A stretch of DNA of 64,000 nt. It comes from Macrostomum lignano (Eukaryota). Shown in pieces: positions 48,213-61,589 of the stretch. Position 1 is the stretch's first letter. Every line of letters begins with the position of its first letter. A model generated the notes under the pieces. The model saw only the letters and a program-made list of their open reading frames with translations, was not told where the DNA came from and made no database searches. Location: contig NIVC01000470.1 of the NCBI GenBank assembly GCA_002269645.1, positions 1 to 64,000 on the forward strand, in the 5' to 3' direction. The position numbers and the translations under genes are program-made.

Positions 48213-51200
48213 AAATGAGACAGCAGACAGCAGTACGCAAACCTTGGATACTGTCATACGCGGTGCCGTCTAGCCGCAGACTCGTAATTGTCAAACCTGA
48301 TCGTTCAAAATTCTTTGCAACAACCAGCCAATTCAACGATTTACATTGTGTCCCCTGCAGCAGCAACTGCAAGGCTGTGACAAATGACCACTGACTGTCG
48401 TTGCCAGCGTCTGCGCCAAGGCGGCAGTTGGAAGCTCAGAAGAATTTCAATGGCCTCCGGAAGAGAGACACACCGACAAAAAAAGAAATTGTTTCGCCAC
48501 TTTGTTTCGGACAGCGAAAGCAGCAGCTGCTGCTGGCACTGGACCAGAGTCGAGGCGGGTCTGGTTGCTAAGGTGTTCCATTCCTTCTGTCTTCCAGGCA
48601 CTGACTGCACTGCTGGGCATGTAATTTACATGATATTCACCCCCCCAACACACGGAGGCTTGCCAGGCCATTCGTTTCATTTCGAATTTCGAAGTCTTCC
48701 CCCGAACCCCCTCCCACCCCATTCCTCCGTCTGTCTGCGAAGATTTAGCGGAGACGGTACTGCTTCACTTTCATTTATAAAAAACTGATTTCTAACTTTT
48801 CACTTTAATACAAAGTGCTCGGCGGCTGGCGAAGTGCGGGAGTGGTTAACAAAAAACTGCCTGCGTGTCCCTCCCACCGCCTGGAATGCGACAGAGTCCG
48901 GCAGCTGCGCTAAGTCGGTCTTAAATCCCCGCATATGCAATCTATGCATATCGTACTACACACTTTTCAAATCCCATGTTTGGCAGGCATGGGGGTTAGT
49001 TGAAGGGAAATTCTCCCACTGGGTAAATGACCAAACGGCTGCCATTTTAGAAAATAGGTAAGAGAGAGAGAGAGAGAGCTCAGAGTTAAAATTGATTGCT
49101 AACAGGTTATGCCAGCCTGTTTGTCCCTGTGGCTTTTTGGAACCATATAGCTAGCATGATAGAAAAGCCAACGTGCAGAATTGGGGAGTTTTTAGCGGAC
49201 GCATAACTTTTGCGGCTATAGGGAGGGTCTGACAGATCGCAGTACCCCGAATCTCCCCTACCCTCCGTCTGCCTGTCTCTCCGGGTAGTGACAGCTTAAC
49301 AAGTTGGCCACCGATTCAAGGCATTCATACGTACGATAGTAACGGTAATAACCGCAGCCAATGCAGTGTAATTCTTAGGGCAGGGTTTCAGCCAGAGACA
49401 TTGGAGGCGGAGTTGGCGCAAGAATTGTCCGCCTTCCTGCCTCTCTCTCTATCTGACTCCGCCCCCCCCCCGCCAGTGGCAGTAATTACTAGCGATGACA
49501 AATTGCAACGGCTGCCACCAAGTGATACTCTATAATACGAGCTGCATAAAGCTCTTCTGACTTGATCTGGCATAACCGCGGCCTGCCTGACTGCAGTTAC
49601 TGCCAAGATTGGGAGACAGCTGAAATAGGGGAGCCATATATGCGCATGATGTAGATTATCCCATCGGGTTGGGCTGGAACTATGGAATTCTGTTGTCTCT
49701 GCGACCGGCGGGATCCCGCCCAGAGAAAAGCATTCCTTAAGTGTCCATGTATACAGTATACCCAAGAGAGGTATACTGTAGAGAGGTATTTTGCGCGAGC
49801 TGGCGCGCAAAACTTCGTGACTGCAGATTCAGCGACTACTTATCGGCACCTATTTGATTTGGACTTGGCTACATTGGTCATCCCTGTTGCATACCGAAAG
49901 ACTATGCGCGGTCATAAAACCTTCGCCACTTTACCAATTGTCTCCATCTGCGCAACTAATAGATGTACATGTTTGACTACTGCAAAAACCAATTCAAGTT
50001 CATTTCCACGCGATCTCTTTGTATACGGGGTATTCAGTTCCATAATTATTTCTACTTCGAAATTGTAGAATTTCAATGCGGTTAAGCACTGATCTTTAAA
50101 GGCATAAACCACCCAAGCCCCCGTTTTCGGTGGCAAAACTACGCTCGTATAAGCTTCGAATTTTTTTTCCCAAAGATTTTGATTACAAGCGTATAGTACT
50201 TATTATCATATTCCAATAGTATGTTATGACTTACGAGCACAACTTACTCCACCTCTTAACAAGTAACAAAAGAAGTAACAACCGTCTTGTGCCTTTTGAA
50301 AATAAAAAATAGGTACTTGTAGTTAACAACTTCCCGGGTTTAAAAACTTTTATCTACTCGAAAAAAACAAAATTAAATTAAAGCTGCCTAGTTTGCAGAA
50401 ACAACAAAAGTTTTTTGATGCACAGAGGTTTTTTTTCGTTTTTGATATTTATTTTCATGTATATCTTTTAATAACTGTTTGCCAACTCTATTTTATCTAA
50501 CAACTAAAAAGTTTAATTGTTGTGTTAACTCAAATTTTAGTCAAATTTTCCGCAGTATATGCAGCTACAAAGATTGTTTTGGCGATCAGCTTTTTCCTGT
50601 TTATAAGTGAGTTACTCGTTCAAAAATATACAAAAATCTGTAGCAATTGTTTTACACGAACTTTTATTGAAATCATACAGTAACTTGTGATCTTTTATTA
50701 TAGGTATTTTAAAAAACGAAGTGTATCTTAGCTAGTTGTCAACTGGTCTTACAGTTTAACCAGGTCCAGACTGCGCAAAGTATTTTTGAGAATAAAGTAA
50801 AACATTTTTTGTTTTACAAAAATTTATTCAGTATACTGGTTCGCAGCGAAAATCACAGCTAACAGATAATTCCTAATTGAAGCGCTTAAGGTTTGAGGAA
50901 AACTTATTCGAACTTCCTCAGCTTTATATTAATTAGTAATATACTTAAACTAATCCACTAATTTATATTTTTCTGTTAAAACTATTTAAATTACTGATCG
51001 AATGCCAACAAGATAGACAAAAATATTTTGTTTTCTATCTGCTTATACAAGTATAAAATAGGAAAATATACTAGGCCTAAATACACTAGTGACTATTCTC
51101 AATAATGTCATTGCAGTAACCATAATTTACAGTTTATTTTATGTCTATAGTCGAAATTATATGATGTTATTGATGTACAGCTTGTGTCCATTTGAATTAA

Positions 51201-51327
51201 ATACATATATTTAATTAAATGTAGCTGAGAGAAATAACTCAATTTTTTTTATTATAAGTTTTAAATTTAAATGACTTTATTTTAAGTTTTTAACTTTAAT
51301 CATTTATCTAATTTCAGAAAAATTAGC

Positions 51328-51460
51328 ATGGCAGAGAAAAAAGAAGGCAAAGAGCCGAAAAACGCGGTCCACCAGAATGCCATCATGGTGGAGACAATCA
51401 AGAAGGAGAATTTTCATCAGAAGCTTTACACCAACTACGGCGTTAATCCTTTTCGCAGAC
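51328..51460 (+). CDS. CFAP144: CFAP144/FAM183 cilia-associated protein, exon 1
   Basis: VHQNAIMVETIKKE...QKLYTNYGVNPFRR matches FAM183 VHQNQILRELYLKE...QKLHTQYHVNPLRK. Donor GTGCGT, phase 1. Confidence 0.88.
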
Positions 51461-51551
51461 GTGCGTCGGTTCATACGAATTTCATTGACAGTATCTTCGT
51501 AAATTTGTATTTAAAATTTTGAATTCATTGACTGCTTGTTAAAATTTTCAG

Positions 51552-51617
51552 TCCACACTTTGGCGCCAAAGCCCAACGCACCACCGGAGGATCTTTCTGG
51601 CATCACGGAGGAAGACA
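51552..51617 (+). CDS. CFAP144: CFAP144/FAM183, exon 2
   Basis: (L)HTLAPKPNAPPEDLSGITEED. TTTTCAG acceptor and GTGAG donor, phase 1/1. Confidence 0.85.
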
Positions 51618-51710
51618 GTGAGTTTTACTAGCTTATTATTGTTAAGTTAGCAGTTGAGACAATTATTTTTGTAAATTTAAAAAAAAACCAATATCAAAAC
51701 TTTTACAAAG

Positions 51711-51814
51711 GCCACTTTGTGGGCGTCATCGAGCGGGCCCACCTGGAGCCAACCAAGAAGTACACGGTGCCCCAGACAGAGTCCCAGGAAATTGGCTGGA
51801 TTACTAAGCCTTTG
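51711..51814 (+). CDS. CFAP144: CFAP144/FAM183, exon 3
   Basis: HFVGVIERAHLEPTKKYTVPQTESQEIGWITKPL matches GPTKKYPEAQTENQEIGW. GTGAGT donor. Confidence 0.9.
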
Positions 51815-51837
51815 GTGAGTGCAACGCCTGCGGAAAT

Positions 51838-52118
51838 AGTGCGGCGCCTGAGTTGATAGTGTGGCGGCTGAGTTGATAGTGAGGCGCCTGAGTTGATAGT
51901 GAGGCGCCTGAGTTGACAGTGCGACGCCTGAGTTGATAGTGAGGCGCCTGAGTTGATAGTGAGGTGCCTGAGAGCTGATAGTGTGGCGGCTGAGTTGATA
52001 GTGCGGCGCCTGAGTTGATAGTGAGGTGCCTGAGAGCTGATAGTGTGGCGGCTGAGTTGATAGTGCGGCGCCTGATTTCACAGTGCGGCGCCTGAGTTAA
52101 TAGTGAGGCACCTGAGCT
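51838..52118. repeat. About 20-22 bp minisatellite (TGAGTTGATAGTGAGGCGCC) in CFAP144 intron 3
   Basis: Tandem units. Confidence 0.92.
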
Positions 52119-52292
52119 CATAGTAATACGCTCGTAGTACTAATATTCTTACTAAAAAGTCTAGTAGTACTAATGTACTATTAATAGTAGCAATGGAAGA
52201 TATCAAGTAGTGATTCAACCGCTTTACTGGTCAAAAGCTTAACTAACTCTCGATGCAACATTATGTAGAATCTTCCATAAATGTAATTGCAG

Positions 52293-52418
52293 CTGGAGAC
52301 CAACAAGGCCGACAGCCGGCTGTATTTTCCAAAGAACAGCTGCGAGATTACTAAATACATGGACGCCTATTGGCGTTTCAAGGGCACCGACGGAAAACCG
52401 GAAGCGAAGAAAGCATGA
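52293..52418 (+). CDS. CFAP144: CFAP144/FAM183, exon 4 (last)
   Basis: LETNKADSRLYFPKNSCEITKYMDAYWRFKGTDGKPEAKKA*. TTGCAG acceptor, phase 0; AATAAA at about 52731. Confidence 0.85.
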   Translation: METNKADSRLYFPKNSCEITKYMDAYWRFKGTDGKPEAKKA

Positions 52419-55400
52419 TGGATAAATGAACTTGGTCTGACTGCATGACGTCATTAATGAAATGTGAAAAATATGAGATTACTGATTCAAAAATCATGCA
52501 TGTGATCCTGTTTCTCTTGCATGTACTAATTATTTTCACAAGCTTTCCTTCTCTGACTCTTCTGAATGTATACCACTGGTAATATCTCTGTAATAATTTT
52601 GAATTTCGAAAAAATCCGAGAACTTTTGCAGATGTGTTGTTTCCATTTCTTTTTTGTTTGCAAGAATTCAAACATTTTGCAGCACTTAAATTTGATTTAG
52701 TTGCTGCATGCTATAAAATATATTGAGATCAATAAAAAACTTTGATAATTATAATGTCGCTAGAACAGGCTGTAACATTGCCTGCAACAGGCAGTCTTAC
52801 GAATTTAACGCCTTCGTGTAATTTACACTGTAGATTATTTATATTACGTTTGGAATTTTATATCATCGATCCTTTGTATAAATTTCACCTCAACTTTTAC
52901 CACGTGATCATACAGTCACTGTCCACACATTTGAACAAAAATTGATGAAAAATATCCAATTTGGGCACATCTTTAAGCGATAATTTAGTAACAAAAAACG
53001 CTAGCAGCATAACTGACATCGATTTCTCTAAAATTGTAAATTCTTAATGCACGATTCTAATGGATGTTCTACTGTACTACTGTAGTAATCGGGCATACAA
53101 CTGCCAGCAAAACATCAATTACTTTTTTAATATCTCCACAATCCTTTTTTGTTTATTTGTAGTGAGATCAGCACAAATCATCAAAACCAGGGACAGGGGC
53201 TAATTTGTTGCAGCTTAATATTTCCGTAGAATGCGAAAACACTACTTCGATTAGTTTTTGGAAAAGTTCAAGGCTCGAAACTTCTATTGTCAGAGAAAGT
53301 CTTGCTATCACTTCCAATAGCTCACAACATAAAACGAAATCAATGATGTGAGGTATCGCTCTTACTGTATTAAGTAGCGAGCAGAACCCTGTAAGTTATG
53401 TGATTGCAATAAAGAGCTGTGAAAGGGTTAGGGTTAGGATTTTTGATGGGTATTAATTTCGAGCTTGTGAAATTTCGATGCTTGCGAATGACTTAATTTT
53501 TTTCCCAGTCACTTGTGTAGTTTCGATATTGGTACCCGATATGGTAAAGTTTCGAGCTAATAAATTACAAGCTTTTGAAATATCCAGCTAATAAAGTTGC
53601 AATTAGTCAATTGACTGTTCTTAAGAATTTCATTTTCAGAGCCTGTGAAACTAACCCACACAAATTTGAACTTAAATTAGTTATACGCACAGTGCTTTAT
53701 TTCGTAGAATTATCAGAAAATTTCAAATGATAAGCTTCCTAGAAAAACAGCACGGGTCAAAAAATGACCAGTGAGTCAATTAGTGTCAATAGTGAGCATT
53801 AATTATTTATTAAAAAGCCCAGATAAACCCTGCGTTGGTTTTTATACGCATATGTAGTGGCATTCGTAGGTATATATACCGATGTATTCAAGATAAAGTA
53901 AAAAACTTTCATTGATGTATTTCTACTTCTAGTCAAATTGAAATCAATTTTTGCTGAGATTTATGGACTATGAGAGAAATATTATAATCAATATTTAAAT
54001 TAAAGGCGCATAGAGAAGTTAAATAGGTTTAATTATTGCGATTTCTGAGCTTGGGGTTCTAATTTGTCAGGAATTGTTATCAGGAAAATATCCTAGCCTA
54101 GGCCTATTACAGGCCTACCCCTATCTCTTCTAGCTAGACTAAAAACTTTTGTCAATTAGGCCCTATAGGCCTAGTTTCTTAATATTCTTAATTAGAAGTA
54201 GTACTAGTAGCTAAAGTAATTTCAAACTGGGCATTTTTGGGAAAATTTTGATGTTCATTATATTTTGGAGGCATATAATAGGTTTTAAAGTTGTACTTCT
54301 ATTATTAGAAAGTAAATAAAATACTAGACCCCTTAACCTTGGTATTGTCCTAATCCATACATTGTTGACAGGTTACACCAAATTCATTGATATCTAATTT
54401 GTCAATAGACCTAAAATTTAAGAAATTAAAGGAAAGCAAATTTGTCAATAGTGATAACAAGCTAAGCAAATTAGTCAATAATAGAGCCTAAGACAAACAA
54501 ACTTATTTGGCTAAAGTTATTCCTTAAGCAATTTAAGGCAATAATATAAATTTCTTTAATTTAATGAGCAAAAAATTGCCAAAGACTTTAATATAGACCT
54601 AACTTCATGACTGCATATTTTAAATGCTATTGTACTCCAAATCTAACAAATTGAACAATCTTGTATGCTATGCATAAAATACCATATTGAATATAGGCCT
54701 ATTGACTATTCTAGTTGAGTATTTAGATATATATATATCAAGAGTCTATTGGCCATAGTCTAGAAGGTGGCCTTTATACAAAAAAATCAGTTTCTACAAA
54801 AATAGCTATTTTAAAGTTTAGTAAAAGTTTTAAATTCCTAAAAATATATAGGGCTATTTGTTAAAAAATGGCATATAAACAACTTTAGTCTTGGCGTAAA
54901 ATTTTTTTTAATTTTTTTGTCTGTATAAAATAGAAAAAAAACATGAATGTTCATTTTGGCATATACCCCTCCTATGATCCAGACTATGGTCTATTGGGGC
55001 ATAGCAGTTTGTATACTGCATTAGGTCTATATCTTTTATACTTTATTACATCTTTTGAGTGAAGCAAGTAACTTTAATTTAAGTTTAATCCAAGTCTTGT
55101 TTATCTTTTTAATTAGGCCTATTTATTAACAAGGTTTTGTTTGAGTATGATTTTAGATTTCAAAAGCATACAAAAATAGTTCTAAAGTATATTGGAATTC
55201 AGCAGGTTTAAAATCTGTGGCCCGTGGGTTTTTATAGTTTGTAAAATGTTAATATAAAAAAAAACAAATTGCTTTCATTATAATACATGTGTCTTCCTAA
55301 TCTTAATAGCCTTTATCTTATAATTTTTAGTATATAATAAAATAAATATGGCAAAATCAAATATTGGGGCAAGTTTTTTGAAAGTTTATTTTTTCAATAG

Positions 55401-55751
55401 CAATAAAGCTATAAAATAAATTATTTTAAGTTTAAAAAGTTAGAAACATCTATTAAAGTACAAATTATTTACATATAGCCTTATCTTTGATAAAATGATT
55501 TGTTAAAATGGTTAATTTAATTACAACTAAAATGACTATTAAAATGATAGAAAAGCTCTGATTATGTATTTATTAACCTTAAGTATCTTATATCATTAAA
55601 TTCTATTATGCAATAATATATTTAATATTCTTTTTAGGGGTTTATTTTTTATCTTTTTTGTTACTATTGACAATGTGTATTTTGTAGAGTTTGTCTGCAA
55701 TAAATACTGTATTTAATATAAGTTTATTATTAATCATACAAATTCCCACAA

Positions 55752-56590
55752 GAATAAAAAAATGCATTTTACTCAGCTTCTAATGAAACAAATAGGAAAT
55801 TCTTGTATACATGCCACAACAATACATATTTAAGTGTAATTTCATTGTTTGTTGCTAATAAGCCTATAGGAAGCATCTGATTTGGAAGCTGGATAACAGA
55901 AATTCCTATAAAGATTGGAAAATTGCATTTTACTAAGCTTCTACTGAAGCAATTTGGAAAAAAATTTTCCTGCATATATGCCACAAAAATTAATATTTAA
56001 GTGTGATTTTATTGTTTTTTGTCATTTAATAAGCCTATAGGAAGCATTTGATTTGAAAGCCAGGTAACATAGAAATTCCCATAAGGATCAGAAAATTGAT
56101 CAGAAAGGTATTATTAAAGCAACATATATGCTCAACACCCATCCAAACCAGATGGGTGAAATGGCTGCCAGCCAAGGTAAGTTGCAAAATTGAAAACACA
56201 AAAAAATGAAATATTGGGAGAAGAAAAAAGGAAAGGAAGAGAAAAGGAAAAGAAAGGAGAGAGAAGAGAGAGGGAAAGAGAAGAGAAAAAGAGAAAAAGA
56301 AAAAAAAGAAAAAGGCAAGAAAAATCATATACAAAGTGAAAATTAAGTTGCAATTAGGAAATTTGCAATTGAGAAGAACTAAGTCCCAATTGGGAGGAAC
56401 TAAGTTGCAAATCTGGACAAAACTAAGTTGCACTAGATGGGTAAAATTGAGGTTGGGAATGTATGTGAACAATTTGGAAAATTCTTTTTTTTACATACAT
56501 GTTGCAATAATACATATTTAAGTGTAATTTCAATGTTCTTTGTTACTGAATTAGCCTATAATAAGCATTTGATTTAGATGCTAGATTCAC
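55752..56590. repeat. Old degenerate repeat of about 165-175 bp (about 3 partial copies) in the CpG-free domain
   Basis: ATATTTAAGTGT...TAAGCCTATAGGAAGCAT(C/T)TGATTT recurs at about 55820, 55995 and 56515. Confidence 0.75.
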
Positions 56591-58962
56591 ATTTTGGTAT
56601 ACCATTTTTTACTCAAATTTTTTTTTAAGTCTAAATATGGGCCTATTACATGCACTAATACTATACAAGTTGATATTTAAATAAAAGAAAACAACTTAAA
56701 GATTATTTTGCAACAAGGAAAAAGTGGTATATTTACTTTTAGAGAGAAATGTTTGCTAGCAAACTTTGCACTTTAAATTTGTATGCATTTTTGAGAGTTT
56801 ATGTGGTTTTAGAAAACTATAGAAATCTTTGAAAATCCTTTATTTTTTTGAATAAAATAAAAATTAAAACACAGAATACTTTCTGCTTTGTAAGTAATAA
56901 AAAAATTGCCTTCTTTGAGGTGTATTAGTCTTAAAATTAGCCATTTAGTAATGAAAAAAGTGAAACAAAAATTTGTGAAGCAGTCAACTCAGACTTTTAA
57001 AATGCTATTTTGTGTTTTTTTTTTACTCATTAATTCAACAATGTGAAGTATGAAAACAATAGTTTTTATCCAGAACTGTTTTTTAAAGACCTATCTGTCT
57101 TTCAAAAAGCTTTTTAGATAGAAAATAGAAAATTTAGAAAATTTAAGTTTTTGACAATTGAAATCCTATGCACTTTATAGGAATAATTAAGAAAATTAAC
57201 AAAAACTTGTATGCATAGCAACCTTGAAAAACCTAACATATAGATATTTAAAAAATATATATTCTCTTTTTTTAGGTTATTTTTCTCCCTCTTCATTGCA
57301 ATTAAATGTAAATGTACAAAAAATAATATAATTATTTAGACTTATTAATAATTATAAATTATTCTTTTATAAAAAAGTATCAGACTATGTATCAAAATAT
57401 TGGAATTGAAAAAAGTATTTTGCAATAGGCAATAGGTATACAGTTTTATTTTATTAATAAATGTGTTGCAGAGCATTTATTATATTGTTATTAGATAACT
57501 TTTTAGGTATTATAAACTATGATACTGAGAAACAAACTAGGGTATGCAAATGCTAAGTGCTAAAAAGCATAAAAACTACTCTAGGTAGGGCAGGGGTAGG
57601 TTGAGGCAAGGCATATAGTATAAACACTAGACAGAGCAAGAATGTTAGATTAAATTTCAAATTTATAAAACATTAGGGCAAATTTTGAGTCTAAGTTTTT
57701 GAGAATCAAGGCATTAAGGCAAAACATTTATAGTCTTAAATATATTAAACCTATATTTTAAAAATTTATAAATAATTTGTTTCTATATTTAAAAAAACCA
57801 CATTAGTAATAGATGACAATATTCTTTAAGATATTTTTATAGTATATTTAATAATTATCAACAATGTTTTTGGAATAAATTTGAAATAGAAGTTTAAAGC
57901 TTAGAAATATTATTTGTATATTGCATAATATTTAATAACATAATTATAAGATTTGTGTATCAATTATCATCAAAAAATTTTATATTGTCATTTAATATTA
58001 ATATTTTGGTTATTCCAATTTTGATTTGAAATCTTATAGCAGTAATTATAATAATTGTTGTACTTCTACCTTTGTTGCTTTTCCCTTTCAACCATAGATA
58101 ATATTATATACTATGTAAAAAGCCCAGAGTATAAGACAAGAACTATGTCCCAGAGTGCTATAACAAAAAGCTCTTAATTGGTAACAACAAGGTACAGCCA
58201 ATTTTGGAATATAAAAAAATTAATTTTCAAGATCAAACAGACATAAAGTAACCTAATTTTCATAGATCATCATAGATATTTAAAAAATTATAAACATATG
58301 CTAAAACAATTGAATTGCTATATTATTATAGCTAAAATTCATTTAAATATAACTAGATAAAGAGCATAAATCATGATTAGACAAATAACATACAGTTTTT
58401 TTAACTTATTACAAATTTTTGATATAAAGCTATCTTCATTTGATCTGAATCTAATAAAAATCTGAATCTAATTTGATCTAATAAAAAATACAATAGTCAC
58501 TGGCTAACAGCAAGGGTATACATTGATTTTGTCAGCTGCCTTTTTATTTGCTGGTAGATAAAACAACTGTTTCTAGTAGATAAATATAATGTAGGTCCCA
58601 GTTCTGCAGGCTGGCTAACTAAGTAAATATATATATATATATATATAATTAGTATACTTAAATAATATTTATACAAATTGCATGCTATATCTTTGCAATA
58701 CTTTTATATTTTATATTCTTTGTATATGCACAACAAAATAAATAATACATTAGTGTCCAATGCAAAACATAGCACTTAATAATCTGCTAAATTATGTATG
58801 GTCATACATGTATATGTACATTTATATATACATGTACTTTATTGTATACATTTTACTGTGGAACATTTGAGGATAAGTAAAAACTAATTGGGAAAAATCT
58901 GATTGAGAAACTTTCAAAAAATTTCTATCCAGAGTTTTATTAGCAATCAAATTGCATTCGAA

Positions 58963-59303
58963 ATGGAGGACGCCCTGCAATCAATGGAGGCCACTACAGA
59001 GATGGAGTCTTTGTTTAACTTGTATGGCTTCGAGGCTGCAGATTGCACAAATCTATTAGACGACAAAGACCTGCTTGACTGCACTGCTACAGTGGCTGAC
59101 ACTTCAGCTAATGCCAAGCCACTTGCTGAAATTGAAGCTGCCGCTGATGCCTCTGGGTCCACCAGAAGCAAGTCGGGCTCCGCTTCTGCCGCGGCCACTG
59201 GACCGTCTGACGGCCCGCTGGTGCGGCTGAGCGGCGGCACCGCAGCTGGCGTCGATGAGAACGCGGCAGCTGACTGGCGCCGCTGCACCGATCGGGTCAC
59301 CGG
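58963..59303 (+). CDS. POLA2: DNA polymerase alpha subunit B, exon 1
   Basis: MEDALQSMEATTEMESLFNLYGFEAADC resembles the POLA2 N-terminus (LAEELQIFGLDC). Donor GTGAG at 59304, phase 2, compatible with exon 2. Confidence 0.75.
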
Positions 59304-59321
59304 GTGAGCGGCGCTGACAGT

Positions 59322-60240
59322 TGATGGGGAAGATTAATGGTAGATTGGGAAGATTGAGAGTAGATTGGGAAGATTGATGGTAAATTGGGAAGATTGGTGG
59401 TAGATTGAGAAGATTGATGGTAGATTGGGAAGATTGATGGTAGATTGGGAAGATTGGTGATAGATTGGGAAGATTGATGGTAGATTGGGAAGATTGAGAG
59501 TAGATTGGGAAGATTGGTGATAGATTGGGAAGATTGATGGTAGATTGGGAAGATTGAGAGTAGATTGGGAAGATTGATGGTAGATTGGGAAGATTGGTGG
59601 TAGATTGGGAAGATTGGTGATAGATTGAGAAGATTGATGGTAGATTGGGAAGATTGGTGGTAGATTGGGAAGATTGGTGATAGATTGGGAAGATTGATGG
59701 TAGATTAGAAAGATTGATGGTAGATTGGGAAGATTGGTGATAGATTGGGAAGATTGATGGTAGATTGGGAAGATTGATGGTAGATTGGGAAGATTGATGG
59801 TAGATTGGGAAGATTGATGGTAGATTGGGAAGATTGATGGTAGATTGGGAAGATTGATGGTAGATTGGGAAGATTGATGGTAGATTGGGAAGATTGGTGG
59901 TAGATTGGGAAGATTGGTGATAGATTGGGAAGATTGATGGTAGATTAGAAAGATTGATGGTAGATTGGGAAGACTGAGAGTAGATTGGGAAGATTGAGAG
60001 TAAATTGGGAAGATTGGTGGTAGATTAGGAAGATTGATGGTAGATTGGGAAGATTGATAGTAGATTGGGACGGTTGATAGTAAATGGAAGTGGCAGATTG
60101 GGAGTTGGGAAGTGGCAGATTGGAAGTTGGGAAGTGGCAGATTGGGAGTTTGGAAGTGGCAGATTGGGAGTTGGAGAGTGGCAGATTGGGAGTTGGGGAA
60201 GTGGCAGATTGGGAGTTGGGGAAGTGACAGATTTGGAGTT
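59322..60240. repeat. 20 bp array (TAGATTGGGAAGATTGATGG, 59322-60068) and 21-22 bp array (GGAAGTGGCAGATTGGGAGTT, 60085-60240) filling POLA2 intron 1
   Basis: Tandem units sharing the AGATTGGGA core. Confidence 0.96.
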
Positions 60241-60319
60241 AGAGGAGTGGTAAACTTAGGCACATTGCAACGAAGTGTACATTCTGGATGCACATCGAAC
60301 CGTGGCCGACTGTCCGCAG

Positions 60320-61094
60320 TTCTGACTCGTCTGCCGAAGTGGAAGTGTCGCTCAGGCCGGTGCACCGCCTGCCGCCAGACAGCCGTTACATGTTCCAGCG
60401 TTACGGCGACTGCCTGGCCGCTGTCGACGCCCAATTCGACATTCTTCGCCGACGGCTTCTAGCGCAGCTGTCGGCCCCAGCGGACGGCGGCGCCAGCCTA
60501 CCAGTAACTGCGCCGGACGAAGTGTCGCACGAGCCCTGCGTACTGATTGGCCGGGTGGCGCCACCGCCTGGCGCTGCCGCCGCCGCCGCCGCCGCCACCA
60601 GCACCTCGGGCACATCGGCGACAGTGACGGCGACAGCTGGTCCGTCCGAGGTCGACGGCCGCCTGGCACCGCCGGCCCTGCTGCTGGAGTGTCCGGCCGC
60701 CTCCTCCGGCTCCTCCATTGTCAACGTCGACCTGTCCGGATGCGAGCAGAGCCGCTATTCGCTGTTCCCCGGACAGGTAGTTGCGGTCCGTGGTTCGAAT
60801 CCCACCGGCCGTCTGTTCCTGGCCGAGGCCGTCCTGACGCCGACAGCGCCGCCACCTCGGCAGTTGTCGCCGCCGGGGCCGCCGTGTCTCGACCTCGCCG
60901 TGGCCAGCGGCCCGTTCGACGCAGCGTCGCTTTCGGCGCTGCTTCGCGTCTGCGCCGGCGGTCGGGAGCGACCGCACGCTCTGCTACTGTCCGGGACGGG
61001 CTGGCGCCGGGCGCCGTTGTTTGGGCGCGTCGATCCGGCGCTGGAATCGGCGGCCAAATTCTGCCAACAGCGGGGAGTGCAGCTTGTGGTTCAG
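60320..61094 (+). CDS. POLA2: DNA polymerase alpha subunit B, exon 2
   Basis: RYMFQ, IGRV, YSLFPGQVVAVRGSNPTG and VASGPF match the POLA2 OB-fold/PDE motifs (YSLFPGQVVIMEGINTTG, VACGPY). CCGCAG acceptor and GTTGGC donor. Confidence 0.92.
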
Positions 61095-61179
61095 GTTGGC
61101 ACTGCTTGTCCTGTTTGCAATGTTGCTTATTGTCATTGGCTATTGCCTATAACCCCGAGCTATTCACCTAATGCCAATT

Positions 61180-61428
61180 AGTAGCTAATTGCCTGGCTAT
61201 TTAACTACCAGTAGCAAATTACCTGGCTAAAACACTACCAGTAGTAATTGCCTGGCTATTACACTACCAGTAGCTTATTACCTGGCTATTACACTACCAG
61301 TAGCTAATTACCTGGCTATTACACTACCAGTAGCTAATTACCTGGCTATTACACTACCAGTAGCTTATTACCTGGCTATTACACTACCAGTAGTTAATTA
61401 CCTGGCTATTACACTACCAGTAGCTAAT
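61180..61428. repeat. 30 bp minisatellite (CCTGGCTATTACACTACCAGTAGCTAATTA) in POLA2 intron 2
   Basis: Tandem units. Confidence 0.92.
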
Positions 61429-61589
61429 CTTAATTATATAACTAGCAGTTAACCTCATACTTAACCGTACCTAATTACCTGAAACGTACCCGTAGCTATA
61501 ATTTACTGGTGGCTTTCCGTTGCCTAATTGGTAACAGTTTGATAAAATCCGTATACTATGTCTTTATATTACGCTCGTACATGCGTATT

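Noticed and set aside
49682-50068. 128-aa Cys-containing ORF as a zinc-finger gene
   Set aside because: Cys spacing fits no family I recognise, and there is no splice or codon-bias support.
53424-53438. Telomere-related site (GGGTTAGGGTTAGG)
   Set aside because: Only about 2.5 units; too short to interpret, and probably part of a small repeat element.
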